This document shows, one piece after another, positions 51,886 through 64,000 of a stretch of 64,000 bases of DNA (positions are counted from its first letter, which is position 1; each line of letters begins with the position of its first letter). The stretch spans positions 992,001 to 1,056,000 of the forward strand of contig OZ210885.1 in NCBI GenBank assembly GCA_964658305.1. Reading direction: 5' to 3'. The DNA comes from Leptogorgia sarmentosa. Taxonomy: Eukaryota. The notes under the pieces are model-generated. The model ran no database searches. It worked only from the letters and a program-made list of their open reading frames with translations, and was not told the DNA's origin. The translations under genes were made by a program, and so were the position numbers.

Positions 51886-54295
51886 AGATATCAATAACAA
51901 CTGAGATATCAATAACAACTGAGATATCAATAATAACTGAGATATCAATAACAACTGAGATATCAATAACAACTGAGATATCAATAACAACTGAGATATC
52001 AATAACAACTGAGATATCAATAACAACTGAGATATCAATAACAACTGAGATATCAATAACAACTGAGATATCAATAACAACTGAGATATCAATAACAACT
52101 GAGATATCAATAACAACTGAGATATCAATAACAACTGAGATATCAATAACAACTGAGATATCAATAACAACTGAGATATCAATAACAACTGAGATATCAA
52201 TAACAACTGAGATATCAATAACAACTGAGATATCAATAACAACTGAGATATCAATAACAACTGAGATATCAATAACAACTGAGATATCAATAACAACTGA
52301 GATATCAATAACAACTGAGATATCAATAACAACTGAGATATCAATAACAACTGAGATATCAATAACAACTGAGATATCAATAACAACTGAGATATCAATA
52401 ACAACTGAGATATCAATAACAACTGAGATATCAATAACAACTGAGATATCAATAACAACTGAGATATCAATAACAACTGAGATATCAATAACAACTGAGA
52501 TATCAATAACAACTGAGATATCAATAACAACTGAGATATCAATAACAACTGAGATATCAATAACAACTGAGATATCAATAACAACTGAGATATCAATAAC
52601 AACTGAGATATCAATAACAACTGAGATATCAATAACAACTGAGATATCAATAACAACTGAGATATCAATAACAACTGAGATATCAATAACAACTGAGATA
52701 TCAATAACAACTGAGATATCAATAACAACTGAGATATCAATAACAACTGAGATATCAATAACAACTGAGATATCAATAACAACTGAGATATCAATAACAA
52801 CTGAGATATCAATAACAACTGAGATATCAATAACAACTGAGATATCAATAACAACTGAGATATCAATAACAACTGAGATATCAATAACAACTGAGATATC
52901 AATAACAACTGAGATATCAATAACAACTGAGATATCAATAACAACTGAGATATCAATAACAACTGAGATATCAATAACAACTGAGATATCAATAACAACT
53001 GAGATATCAATAACAACTGAGATATCAATAACAACTGAGATATCAATAACAACTGAGATATCAATAACAACTGAGATATCAATAACAACTGAGATATCAA
53101 TAACAACTGAGATATCAATAACAACTGAGATATCAATAACAACTGAGATATCAATAACAACTGAGATATCAATAACAACTGAGATATCAATAACAACTGA
53201 GATATCAATAACAACTGAGATATCAATAACAACTGAGATATCAATAACAACTGAGATATCAATAACAACTGAGATATCAATAACAACTGAGATATCAATA
53301 ACAACTGAGATATCAATAACAACTGAGATATCAATAACAACTGAGATATCAATAACAACTGAGATATCAATAACAACTGAGATATCAATAACAACTGAGA
53401 TATCAATAACAACTGAGATATCAATAACAACTGAGATATCAATAACAACTGAGATATCAATAACAACTGAGATATCAATAACAACTGAGATATCAATAAC
53501 AACTGAGATATCAATAACAACTGAGATATCAATAACAACTGAGATATCAATAACAACTGAGATATCAATAACAACTGAGATATCAATAACAACTGAGATA
53601 TCAATAACAACTGAGATATCAATAACAACTGAGATATCAATAACAACTGAGATATCAATAACAACTGAGATATCAATAACAACTGAGATATCAATAACAA
53701 CTGAGATATCAATAACAACTGAGATATCAATAACAACTGAGATATCAATAACAACTGAGATATCAATAACAACTGAGATATCAATAACAACTGAGATATC
53801 AATAACAACTGAGATATCAATAACAACTGAGATATCAATAACAACTGAGATATCAATAACAACTGAGATATCAATAACAACTGAGATATCAATAACAACT
53901 GAGAATCAATAACAACTGAGATATCAATAACAACTGAGATATCAATAACAACTGAGATATCAATAACAACTGAGATATCAATAACAACTGAGATATCAAT
54001 AACAACTGAGATATCAATAACAACTGAGATATCAATAACAACTGAGATATCAATAACAACTGAGATATCAATAACAACTGAGATATCAATAACAACTGAG
54101 ATATCAATAACAACTGAGATATCAATAACAACTGAGATATCAATAACAACTGAGATATCAATAACAACTGAGATATCAATAACAACTGAGATATCAATAA
54201 CAACTGAGATATCAATAACAACTGAGATATCAATAACAACTGAGATATCAATAACAACTGAGATATCAATAACAACTGAGATATCAATAACAACT
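51886..54295. repeat. 18-bp minisatellite (GAGATATCAATAACAACT) x134
   Basis: Units start at 51885+18k. Apart from the first unit lacking its leading G, only two variants are seen: C>T at 51934 and a 1-bp deletion in the unit at 53901. Confidence 0.98.
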
Positions 54296-54327
54296 AGAGA
54301 GATATAGTGCAAAGTTGATAAGACGAA

Positions 54328-56105
54328 TTATTATATGGCTTTTCAAAATTCTCTATTCTGATAATCTGATTGGTTGACAAAAGCAGGAAGGATAATCTCA
54401 CTTCCTTAAAGATAAAACTGATTCGACGTTTCGACCGAAGGGCCTTTGTCCGTGGTCCGTATTTTCCGTATCTGGACCGGTGTCCTGGATGTCGCTTATC
54501 TAATTGCGGGAAATTTCGCTTCGCAAACAGAAAAGATTTTTGCTTTTTAATTTTCCACTTTAAGATAAAAATTTCAAACAACGAAATGTTTCAGATTGAG
54601 CATGTATGTCTACCGTATACTTACCCAGTGAAACTGACGATAGCCGATTTACTTCGCGCGAAAAGCATATGCTCACAGACTCAATTCAGCCATATAATAA
54701 ACAGTTTATTGCGTTGACCTCAGTTTTTGTATCTGCGTGACGTAGTGACGCAGATATATTGCTATCGAGTTGTTAGTTGTTAGTTGTTAGTTGTTAGCTG
54801 TTAGCTGTTAACTGTTAGCTTGCAGCCAATCAGCGAATTCTTTAGTTAAATTTAGCCAATAGACGACAACGTAACATTGAGATGACGTAATTCTCACTGA
54901 GCCCACCCGCAAATTTAAGGGAACCAACGTGGAGGTGTGCAAAGCAGTGCTTGCGGGCCAAATATTACAAAATGGCGGCTGATATAGGCGCGAGCTAAAG
55001 AGTGGTGATGTGTTTGATCGTGGATTTTGTTTCGCATGAATATCCAGATAAAAAGAAATATAATGTTCGCAGCGACGAGTGACTTCACTGAAATAGAGGT
55101 TAATTTATGATCGTTTGCGCCGTTTAGAACACTATTTATACTAAGGAAATTTATACGCAAAAATATCATGACGCAAATTGCAGACATTGGCATTGCTTTA
55201 AAGATATTAATTAAAGAGGTTCGCGTTCGCTATGCAATTTAGATCATCAAAGCAAAAATATCATGACGCAATTTATACAATTGAACACAGCGAATATTTA
55301 TAAGGTTATGAAAGTTAATGTCTTGACACAATTGCGCGTATATTTTCCCTATACGATACTTTAGCGTGTCGGCACTGTCGCACTGACACACTGTACATTG
55401 TTGGACTGCCCGCGGTGTCATTGTGATCACGGAATATCTACTATATTTTGACGCTTCGCCATACGGAATCGTTGAAACATTCAATCCCAGGAAAATAGAT
55501 TTCGTAGCTTGTAATAAAACGGGTTTGTGTGTTTATTAAGCGCGAGACAAAACAAACGAAATCATATATAGATTCAAGTATTCTGTTTTGATACGGTATT
55601 GGAAAGGGTAAATTTGGTTTTTAGAGAGCCACATTTTTCACAAACAATCGCAAAGCGCTGTGTCTAAGACGCAATAACATAAAATGCGAATCGCATTATG
55701 CGATATCATATGTCGTCAAGTTTCAATTCCTTATGCAATTTGATATAAATTATGATGGCGGGAATTCCGGAATGCGAGATAGTCATGAAAGCTTATATCA
55801 AGTATTGAATACGTCTCCGCACAACCTCACGTCTTGAAAGGAATTTAATAGTATTTGCGCTATTCGCCTATTCCCTAGCAGTAAACCATTTTATACATGC
55901 AAGATCGTGTATTAGGGATAAGATGCGTGTATCGAAAAGCTGAAAACAAATAAGACTTGATTATCAAGCTACATAGGCGCAGATACATGTACACTTTGTA
56001 CCTATTTTTTGCATTGACCTCGTTCCTTCGTCGCTCGGTCCATACTAAAAAACCTCAGTCTGATATTTCACAGTACAGACCTCACGCTCAGTCAATAACC
56101 CTTTA
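54328..56105 (-). mobile_element. Second copy of the 914-1416 repeat, interrupted by a Helentron-like insert
   Basis: Reverse-complement match to 914-1416 on both sides of the 54729-56004 insertion. Confidence 0.8.
54729..56004 (+). mobile_element. Helentron-associated/DINE-1-like element inserted into a T-run
   Basis: 5' hairpin ATCTGCGTGAC-GTA-GTGACGCAGAT, (TTAGTTG)n at ~54767-54820, 3' subterminal inverted repeat CGCAGATACA (55978-55987), then hairpin GTACA-CTT-TGTAC and a T-run. The uninterrupted host copy has a plain 6-nt run (A1020-1025 on +) at this point. Confidence 0.78.
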
Positions 56106-58320
56106 TTCTATGACCTGCAACATCGATCTATACTACACACTAAGCTTCAAACACCATTATTGCGTCGTCTAACAAACTTGTAGAGGTTTTTAGTGCGCCG
56201 AAATATTTTTGAGGATCTCACTACACAATGAATAATAAGCGGAAAAACCCGATTTTTTTCTATAAGTGGAAGTCTTCAAAACAAATGATGAATGTCGGGT
56301 GAACAGGATGTTATTTGAATCTGTACTTTATTGCAAATCAAAATTGACAAAATTGAAACTATTGTGTGTTCACAGCAACCACACTGTAAAAATTGGTTGG
56401 TAACATATTTTTTATTGGTTGAAACAACCAATTTGATATAAGTAAAAATTAATTGGTAGAAATAACCAATTGGAATAGTTTATTTCTACCAAATGGACTC
56501 TGTAATTTTGACCCAATAATTGGTAGTTTAAACCAAAAAAACATGTTAAATTAACCAAAACTCGTATTGGTTGTTTTAACCAATTTCATATCAGTCGTTT
56601 CTACCAATTTATGATATGTGAAATCTACCAATTACGGTATTGGTAGTTTCTACCAAAACTGTCATTTTAACCAATTATTTATTGTACCACTGATGGATCT
56701 AATTTCATGTGCCGATTGGCGATTGCCGAACCTAATTCAAATGAGCTCAAACAAAGAACTTATGTTGTGTCTGAATTAAGGCCTTATCTATAGATCTCAC
56801 ATAGATATATACAATAAATAATCAGGAATGAAACAATGAAATAGTCCTCAAGCCGTGACTGATAATTGATAATTGAATTGCAAATGGAAATATTGCTGAA
56901 GGAAGATTATTACCAGTTAATCTCCGCAATAAAGTAAACGGATAATTATAGAATACCCCGTCCCCGCCAACTTGGATAACATAAAACAGTTTGTTTGCGG
57001 GCGTTTGCCATGAGCCTGCTGTTGGCGCATTCGTATTTAAAGAATTAAAGACATTTTTTGATTTTCCCTCTCTATTTCTCAAACTGTTTTTAGCGATTAG
57101 AGTTAGAATGCTACGGTTACGGTTAGGTTTATGGTTTAGGATTGTTTATTTTGTGAAAATGACTGACAAAGCACTTGTGGAATTTTAAGCTAAAGTATAG
57201 GATTAGCCATGCATACGAAGATGTCAACACTTGCTTATTACTTTCTAACTGTATCCAAGCAAGTTTATAGGATCTCTTGATATATGCGTATTAACAAAAC
57301 AGATCAAGTTAGCCAACATCCGCGTAATTTTTTATTGATTAGACAGACTATTTAATAAAAGCTATTGATATTGCGAGGCCTAAAGTTAAAGTTAATAAAA
57401 TGATGGCACTATAATATGCTATTTGAAGTATATGATATACGCGGCATTCTCAAAATATCATGATTTATTAAATGTATATACTTTTGCATTCCGTTATTGT
57501 CAAATGCCATGTAATGTCAACCGTTCGAATTCGGTGCCGATGATGGTGCAATGTCAACCATTTAGAGACGCCTGGATACGAGGCAGGTCACATGCTAATT
57601 GCGACAACCAACAAAATCTTTATAAAGAAAATGTTTAATTTTAATCAATTTTAAACAATTATATTTGCAATTTTCCAAAGGCTAGAAAGTGCAAATTTAA
57701 TCACCTCGTTTCATGCAGACTCCTCCGCAGCCATCACCTACCATTACTATATAAAGGAATCTAATATCTCTCGTACACTCTGCCTCAGCTGAACTTTCTT
57801 AATTCTATTAGAGATGAATGCGGAGGAGGCTGTTGTCCACGCTGAGTGCATGCATGTAACAATTATAGTTTGGGTTCCACTGTGTAACATACGTCATTCT
57901 CAGAGGAATTTAATAAAATCAAAGTCATTCAATGTCAGTGAAATTAGCCTAAATTCGAACAATAAAATTGCTGAAAGAGGAAGTCAAATTTTTCTATATA
58001 ATACTGGGCAGCATAGCGATATTCTTCAGTTGTTCACTTCTTCCCTGGCGAGCTCAAACTTGGATATTCAGTTTGGAGAATAATCAGAACTTTATTAAGG
58101 TATCGGTAGTATCTATCTATTGTAGCAGAATGTTTTATCGTTTCAATACTTGTTCGTATTGTCCAAAGTCCTATAATACGGACCTTTCCTTGAATTAAGC
58201 AAAATAATGTCGCAAATAATTCTTTTCGTGGAAACGTTTTTCAAAATGCTGCCAAATGTATTTCACGATTCATAAGTTTATATATTAAATATCTATATAG
58301 TATTCGTTTTTCATTGCAGA

Positions 58321-60116
58321 ATGAATCGTCTTGTCTTGTTTTGTTTTTTAATCAATGTCTCTGGAGTATTTTTGGTAAGGATTAAGACTCACCACTGCGT
58401 TGATATTTACCATAATTACTGCAAGCTGAGATTAATTGTCGCATGTTCCATGCCAGCACAGTAAATGATCGAGTTTTAATACGATAATTCTTTAGTACTT
58501 TAGTTCAAAAAGGAATAAAATAGAGAATTGCGTTATGAAAGTGTATGTAACTTTTCTCTTTTTAATTTGGTCTATGGTATAGGTTTTCGTCGAGTCTCAA
58601 CTCTGTGGTCTAGAATAATTCCCACGCGTCTGATCTATATATAGCGGCGTTCAAAACTATAATTTATTGCAGTAACAGTAGAGAGTCAACTCAGCTTTTT
58701 TTTTCAGTACAAGAGGTTTTGTCTCGAAATCAAATATTCATCTGTCACTACAGTTAATCTAACTTATAGTTACTTCATTGTAGTAACCATGTCGTGCTTT
58801 TGTGAGCCACGCGCATTAGAGACTTTAAGATTGACGTTCTCGGCAAACCGCTATAACCGCAGCCGCAGACTTCAAGTCGACGTATTTTAAAGTTAGTTCT
58901 ACAAGTTTTCGGCAATAAAGTAGATTACTCACGCGAAAATATTGATGAAGCGCGGTCAAGTAAAGGACTTACAAGAGGAGTCGTTTCCAATCTTATAGCG
59001 CCTAAATGCTGTAACTCATCTTTTCTTGATTACAATTTCACACAGAGAATAGTTACCGCAGAAATATATTCAACAACGTACAAGAGGTCATGTCTTGACA
59101 TCAAAAAGAGTGCTCCCCATGCATTGAGTGGTCTCTACGACATTTTGGTGGACAATACTGTGATCACAGTGTACTGTGAGATGGCGAAGGCAGGTGGTGG
59201 ATTCACCTTCATTCCACGCGAGGCTGTTAAACAAGGAAAGCTTCCCAACCTGATTAATCAAATTTTCACGCAAAAATCCCAAGTTCTTCTTCGTTTTCAA
59301 AACCAGAATGGCCTTCAACCATTTACTCTCATCACTCAACTTCCATACTACTCCAAACAACCACTTGGTGTATTAATGCATAATTATGCAGGATATACAT
59401 GTCCTAAGAATGCTGGACTGGGTGATTACATCTTTCTTGGCATAATACCTGCAATCAAGGCGAAAGCCCAATCTCTTCAAGGTTTCAGGTATTTCTCCCC
59501 CATACTTCCCCATTTCAATGCTCGAGAATTGGCAATTTATTCATTTTACATTACGTATAGGCCCTGTCATATAGGCAATTTTTCTTAATTGCAGCTTACA
59601 TACCAGAACAACCATAATTAAAAAATTACTTTTCTATCGGAACATTCGTAGTTTTTTGTAATGTTACCTCTACCATTTTAGTCTTAGACCATTTCTCAAC
59701 TAAACTTTGTAGCACACTCTTACAACATTCTCGTAAACATATTGTAATTCACCTATACGTGCGAAAATATGTAATAGTAAAACCATAATAACAAAAAATA
59801 ATAATAAATTTGCCTTTATAGATCAAACGGGAAAAGTGTAAACTTTACAAACTGTGATGCTAATCCAAACTCCTACTTCGCTCTGTTCCCCAACCATCAT
59901 GAAGAAAATATCAGTTCTTACCACAGTTGGAGCCTGGTTTATGAGAGACGTGGTGTAGCAGTAAACTGGCGAAACACTGGCGTACCCTCGTATGGTCATC
60001 GTCAGCTTCCTAACAACTTCCTGTTTCTTACCGAGATGCATTTCGGAGGTTGTGGAACATACACCTCTAGTGATCGTTGGACAGATGCATTTGGCACCGC
60101 CATTGGTCTTCGTTAA
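58321..60116 (+). CDS. Secreted protein with a fibrinogen-C/FReD-like N-terminal motif, paralog B, 263 aa
   Basis: join(58321-58374,59046-59488,59822-60116), 792 nt, GT-AG, same intron phases (0, 2) as paralog A. Signal peptide MNRLVLFCFLINVSGVFL. Confidence 0.87.
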
Positions 60117-60859
60117 TGAACTTTCTTTTCTCTGTACTTGTTCATCATTATAATGGAAAATTACTGTTTGCTGCACTTAGATTATTGCTTAATAATTGGT
60201 TTATTTAGTTAAATTGAGCCGTCAGAGAAAAATAAATCTGTTACACTGAATTCTGTTCAAATTTTGGTTTAGAAATAAAAAGCACAGTTACCAATGAATA
60301 AATTGAATTTTGTTTCTTTAAAAAATGCAGCGACATGCTGGCAATGGCGTGAAGCCCGCCTGATCATTTTTACCGTGCCATACAAATAATTTTTATAAAT
60401 CGTGAATTTTTAAAGAAATGGATCATTCAGATTTTTAATCTCATGACCGGATTGTCGGACTGATATCAACACTGACAAAATGCAATATACGTCGAGAAAA
60501 TGTGACGTCTTGTCACAAAAGGCTAGTCAACAACGGTTATTTGTCAGTATGTTGGGTAGGGTCAAAAGAATCAGAACTCATGAAGAGTAAACTTATTGAG
60601 ATGAATACAGGGTAAGTTGCAAAGTATACAAATCTAAACAGCACATTTCAGGTAAAATGTTTTGTACAAAAACATTTACAAAACCAAAACGCTGAAAAAC
60701 TGATTCTTACCGCAAATGCAATTTTTTATTAGAAATTTCATTTCTAGCAATAACTAATTAATTTGAAACACATACATTTTATCAACATATGATTTTTCGT
60801 ATGCTCTTAATTAATCTATAATTATATTATTATCCAATAATGACGCAGACAGTTTTTTT

Positions 60860-61153
60860 AATTAACAATTAGATTACGAGCTCGAGACTTCTATGAGGTG
60901 ATAGTTGATGAGGGCGAAGCCCGAATCAACTATCATCTCGTAGAAATCGAGAGCGAGTAATCTAATTGTTTTAGTAGAATCAGAGATCAAACATGAAAAT
61001 ATTGCAAAAAATAATTTAAAACCGCGTCTCAGAAGACATTTTCTTGAACGAAAATTCACATATTTTGCTACTCGCTATCTATCGAGGAATAGATAGCGAG
61101 TAGAGTAACCAATCAAATTGCAGCATTTGCAATAGTATACGAGTATGATTTTA
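60860..61153. mobile_element. ~290-bp interspersed repeat inserted in the right arm only
   Basis: The left arm (~44065-44092) is contiguous across this point (AACATTAGAAAACCTGTCTGCGTCA). The right arm has an extra block between TGACGCAGACAGTTTTTT and TAATGTTAG. Confidence 0.75.
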
Positions 61154-61893
61154 CTAATGTTAGACATAAGAAAAGCACGTGACAAGCAAAGAACTTGACG
61201 ATATCGTGGGTGTATAGACAACTTGCATATATCGGACGAGTTAAATGCATATAACATGAAATTTCATACATTACCACAAAGTAAAAACGGTCCTAAGGGC
61301 AAAGGAATACAAATTTGCGCAAAAAGCAGAAATACTTTCTTTATCTAATCATGCAGAACAGTTAAGTCGAAAACATGAAAGAAAATTCGAACTATATTTT
61401 GCATTATGAACGTGGTCTATGTTTGCATTGGTGAATATTGATTAATGAAACGGACTAGTTCAAAGGATGGGGTTGAATTTATTTGGCACATGTCGGGAGT
61501 CACTAAAAATGGCGCCAATAGCAAATTCCAAGCTGCAGGTTACAATTTCATTTTTCCGGCAGCTTATAATTAAGATAACGGACATTTTAACTGAAACATT
61601 CTACACTTATTGGGTCAAATATCGTTTAGTTCTGCCAGGATTACGTATATACATTGATCTCAGAACTTATAACCCTCCACACGCGCCATTTTTGTTGGAC
61701 CCGCACTATTTTTAATGATTTGCGACACGCGGGAAATAGCTACACTATCTCTTAGAGGATAACTGTCAGTCATGCACATCACTGTATCATGCATGGCGGG
61801 TTTTGTTTTTGTCTCAAATTAAATCAAATCAATCGATCTGGAGACGGTTTTTCTTAGCCCATTTAGCTTAAACGGTGGTTTAGTCAACATTGA

Positions 61894-62124
61894 AAGGACA
61901 CTTCATTCTATCATTATATAGCCCCGGAGGTATTGCATGGAAAGCCAGTAAGCACTTCTAGTGATGTATTTTCTCTTGGTGTCATCATTTCAACAATTGT
62001 TAAATTTCTAGCTAACAAACCCCTGGATTTGGTAGGGAAGCAGTGTAAGAATACCAAGCCATCTGTTCGACCATCACTGCCAGCACTGATTATATTACTG
62101 AAAGAAATCAGTGAAAGAGGTTAA
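61894..62124 (+). pseudogene. Protein kinase C-lobe fragment (subdomains VIII-XI)
   Basis: KDTSFYHYIAPEVLHGKPVSTSSDVFSLGVII...C....PSVRPS contains APE, SDVFSLG and the subdomain XI Arg. In-frame TGA immediately upstream (61891). No N-lobe, HRD or DFG exon was found in the window. Confidence 0.72.
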
Positions 62125-62246
62125 GTTTCCATTGCAAAATGAATAATTCTCTATTTAAACACGTTTATATTTCATGATTCACATTATGATATAACTAGCT
62201 TACATTTGGTATATATGTACTTAGTATCTAAACATCTAAATATTAA

Positions 62247-62662
62247 TTTAAAATAAATTAATGCTGTGAGTAGTTGAAACTTATGTTGTCAAGACTTCGA
62301 GTCTTTAGTCAGCAGGTTGTCAAGACCTAGAGTCTTTCGGCAGCCAGTGGAAACTACTTTGAAGCAGGGTACTAGAATTATGTAAACATTTAAATATCAA
62401 TTTAAAATAAATTAATGCTGTAAGTAGTTGAAACGTATGTTGTCAAGACTTCGAGTCTTTAGTCAGCAGGTTGTCAAGACCTTGAGTCTTTCGGCAGCCA
62501 GTGGAAACTTTTTTACAGTATAAATAGTACATAGTTAACCATTAAAATATCAATTTAAAATAAATTAATGCTGTGAGTAGTTGAAACTTATGTTGTCAAG
62601 ACTTCGAGTCTTTAGTCAGCAGGTTGTCAAGACCTAGAGTCTTTCGACAATCAGTGGAAACT
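62247..62662. repeat. ~154-bp tandem repeat, ~2.7 copies, each with an internal ~30-bp duplication
   Basis: TTTAAAATAAATTAATGCTGT.AGTAGTTGAAAC at 62247, 62401 and 62554. GTTGTCAAGAC...GAGTCTTT occurs twice per unit. Confidence 0.88.
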
Positions 62663-63239
62663 GTTTCACAGTGTAATACATATAAACACTGTAGATATCA
62701 TACAGTAATTAATTGTTCAACACTTTCTTTGAATAATGAGTGAAATAATTCGAAATTAAAAATACAGTAAATGATAAATTAAACTAAAATTCATACTATG
62801 CATATTTGGAAATTATTGCAGAAATTTGTAGGATTCTGATATATTAATACTATGCAGTATGCCATATTTATATATAGGCAGGATATGTATTTCAAATGAT
62901 ACAATCCTGAAATACTCAGCAGCAAAAATATAATAATATCATGGAATATAATTTATATAAGTAGTGTTCCATGTACATACAGTAGTGTATAAATAGTATG
63001 CTGTAGATAATTCATGTCAACAGTTTAAATAGCTTGAAATAAATGTTTTAAAGGGTCGCTGGGGCAAACCAATGTTGAATGGTTTGCTGCCAGTATTTTG
63101 TTTATTTTTTTTTCGCACAGATTTTAACAAAAGTTAATAGAGACGTGGCAGTACTACACCATATGAAAGGCTGTACCAAAATTCAACACCTAGCTACTGT
63201 AGGGAATAAATAACTCGGTCAAGAAAGAATGCACGTCGC

Positions 63240-64000
63240 AACCTCGTACCCAGGGCTTATTGGCTTCTCGGCGAAGCTATAAGCCCTGGCGCAAGCCAAA
63301 CCGGAACACCACAAATCTGGGTGTTTGCCGGAAGTAAATGCTGACTCAGCATATTTTTTCGCAAGGAGTGAAAATATAAATGATCTGCGACTTTACGCAA
63401 AAATTTCACAATATACAACTTTATATTTTAAATTATATTGTTATTGGTGTTAATATTAATGTTTGTTCGTATTACATATTGTCAACATTATCGTGATCGT
63501 ATGAAACATAATTTGGCCTCATGTCATGTCGTCAACTCGTCAAGACGATCTGTTTCAAGCTACGCTTTCCAAATCTCTCCACAAACTTAATAAAGCCGGA
63601 ATGAAAATTAGAGAGAAGCAATACGATACTTATTTATACCTTTAATTACTTTCTTATTACTTCAAAGATAGTATACATTTCATACTGCCGTTACTGCGCG
63701 AGTGTGTATTTTGATATATAAATAATACAATAATACGGATAATATGCTGAATATTTTAATGTTGTATCCAAAGTCTGCCAACTAGCTATACATTACATTA
63801 TTTATAACCAGGATTTATATTGATTATTGGTAATAACCATGGTGTTAACTGACATTTTTCGTATGTTTATATATTTCTATTCACATTGCATTCTGCGACT
63901 CTGGCATAATGTGTTCTAGATCCGCATTCCATTGCATTCAAATTCAAGCGACCAATCAAATCACTTCCGCTTTGGCTTGCGCCAGGGCTTATAGCTTTGC
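63240..64000. mobile_element. Inverted-repeat element (MITE) running off the right edge
   Basis: GCGAAGCTATAAGCCCTGGCGCAAGCCAAACCGGAA (~63270-63306) is inverted at 63965-64000. Left terminus ACCTCGTACCCAGG is also seen at ~46378. Confidence 0.72.

Larger units (their letters stand above)
43731..61480. repeat. Large inverted segmental duplication: left arm ~43731-46690, right arm ~58310-61480, plus inner inverted remnants
   Basis: 43731-43800 is the reverse complement of ~61410-61480. The 3' flanks 44250-44810 and 60110-60680 are near-identical in reverse complement. The paralogous genes face outward. ~47880-48215 matches the reverse complement of 54296-54330 plus 56109-56370. Confidence 0.9.

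Noticed and set aside
51886..54295. CRISPR array or telomeric repeat
   Set aside because: No spacers and no cas genes, the context is eukaryotic, the unit is not TTAGGG-like, and the array is interstitial.
51784..54312. 842-aa, 688-aa and 134-aa ORFs (ISQLLL / ISITTE / ISVVID repeats)
   Set aside because: By-product of an 18-bp unit lacking stops in several frames. There is no synonymous variation, and a 1-bp deletion switches the frame.
60874..61059. ORF ...LLALDFYEMIVDSGFALINYHLIE...
   Set aside because: Lies wholly within an insertion absent from the paralogous arm, so it is repeat-derived.

Overview
AT-rich, intron-containing animal genomic DNA, probably from a cnidarian or similar invertebrate (an inference from gene content and repeat types). 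The left half is gene-dense. It holds the last exon of a WSC-like gene, a 10-exon SCUBE-like gene (+), a 9-exon ARSB/ARSJ-family sulfatase-like gene (-), OARD1/TARG1 (+) and tRNA-Pro(AGG). The sulfatase-like protein (~1042 aa) is unusual. Its formylglycine-precursor Cys is Ser (SPLSTPSR), the other active-site motifs are intact, and the catalytic domain is followed by a long Pro/Thr/Lys/His-rich stalk, a transmembrane helix and a short tail. The right half is a rearranged accessory region. It contains a gapless transition-rich ~430-bp palindrome, a ~602-bp tandem array with a hAT element that itself carries a Helentron-like element, and an ~18-kb inverted duplication holding two diverging paralogs of a secreted protein with a fibrinogen-like N-terminus. 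Near the centre of that duplication is a near-perfect 134 x 18-bp satellite whose unamplified seed is still visible in the paralogous arm. All exon models were built by hand from GT-AG sites and phase consistency. No database searches were run.
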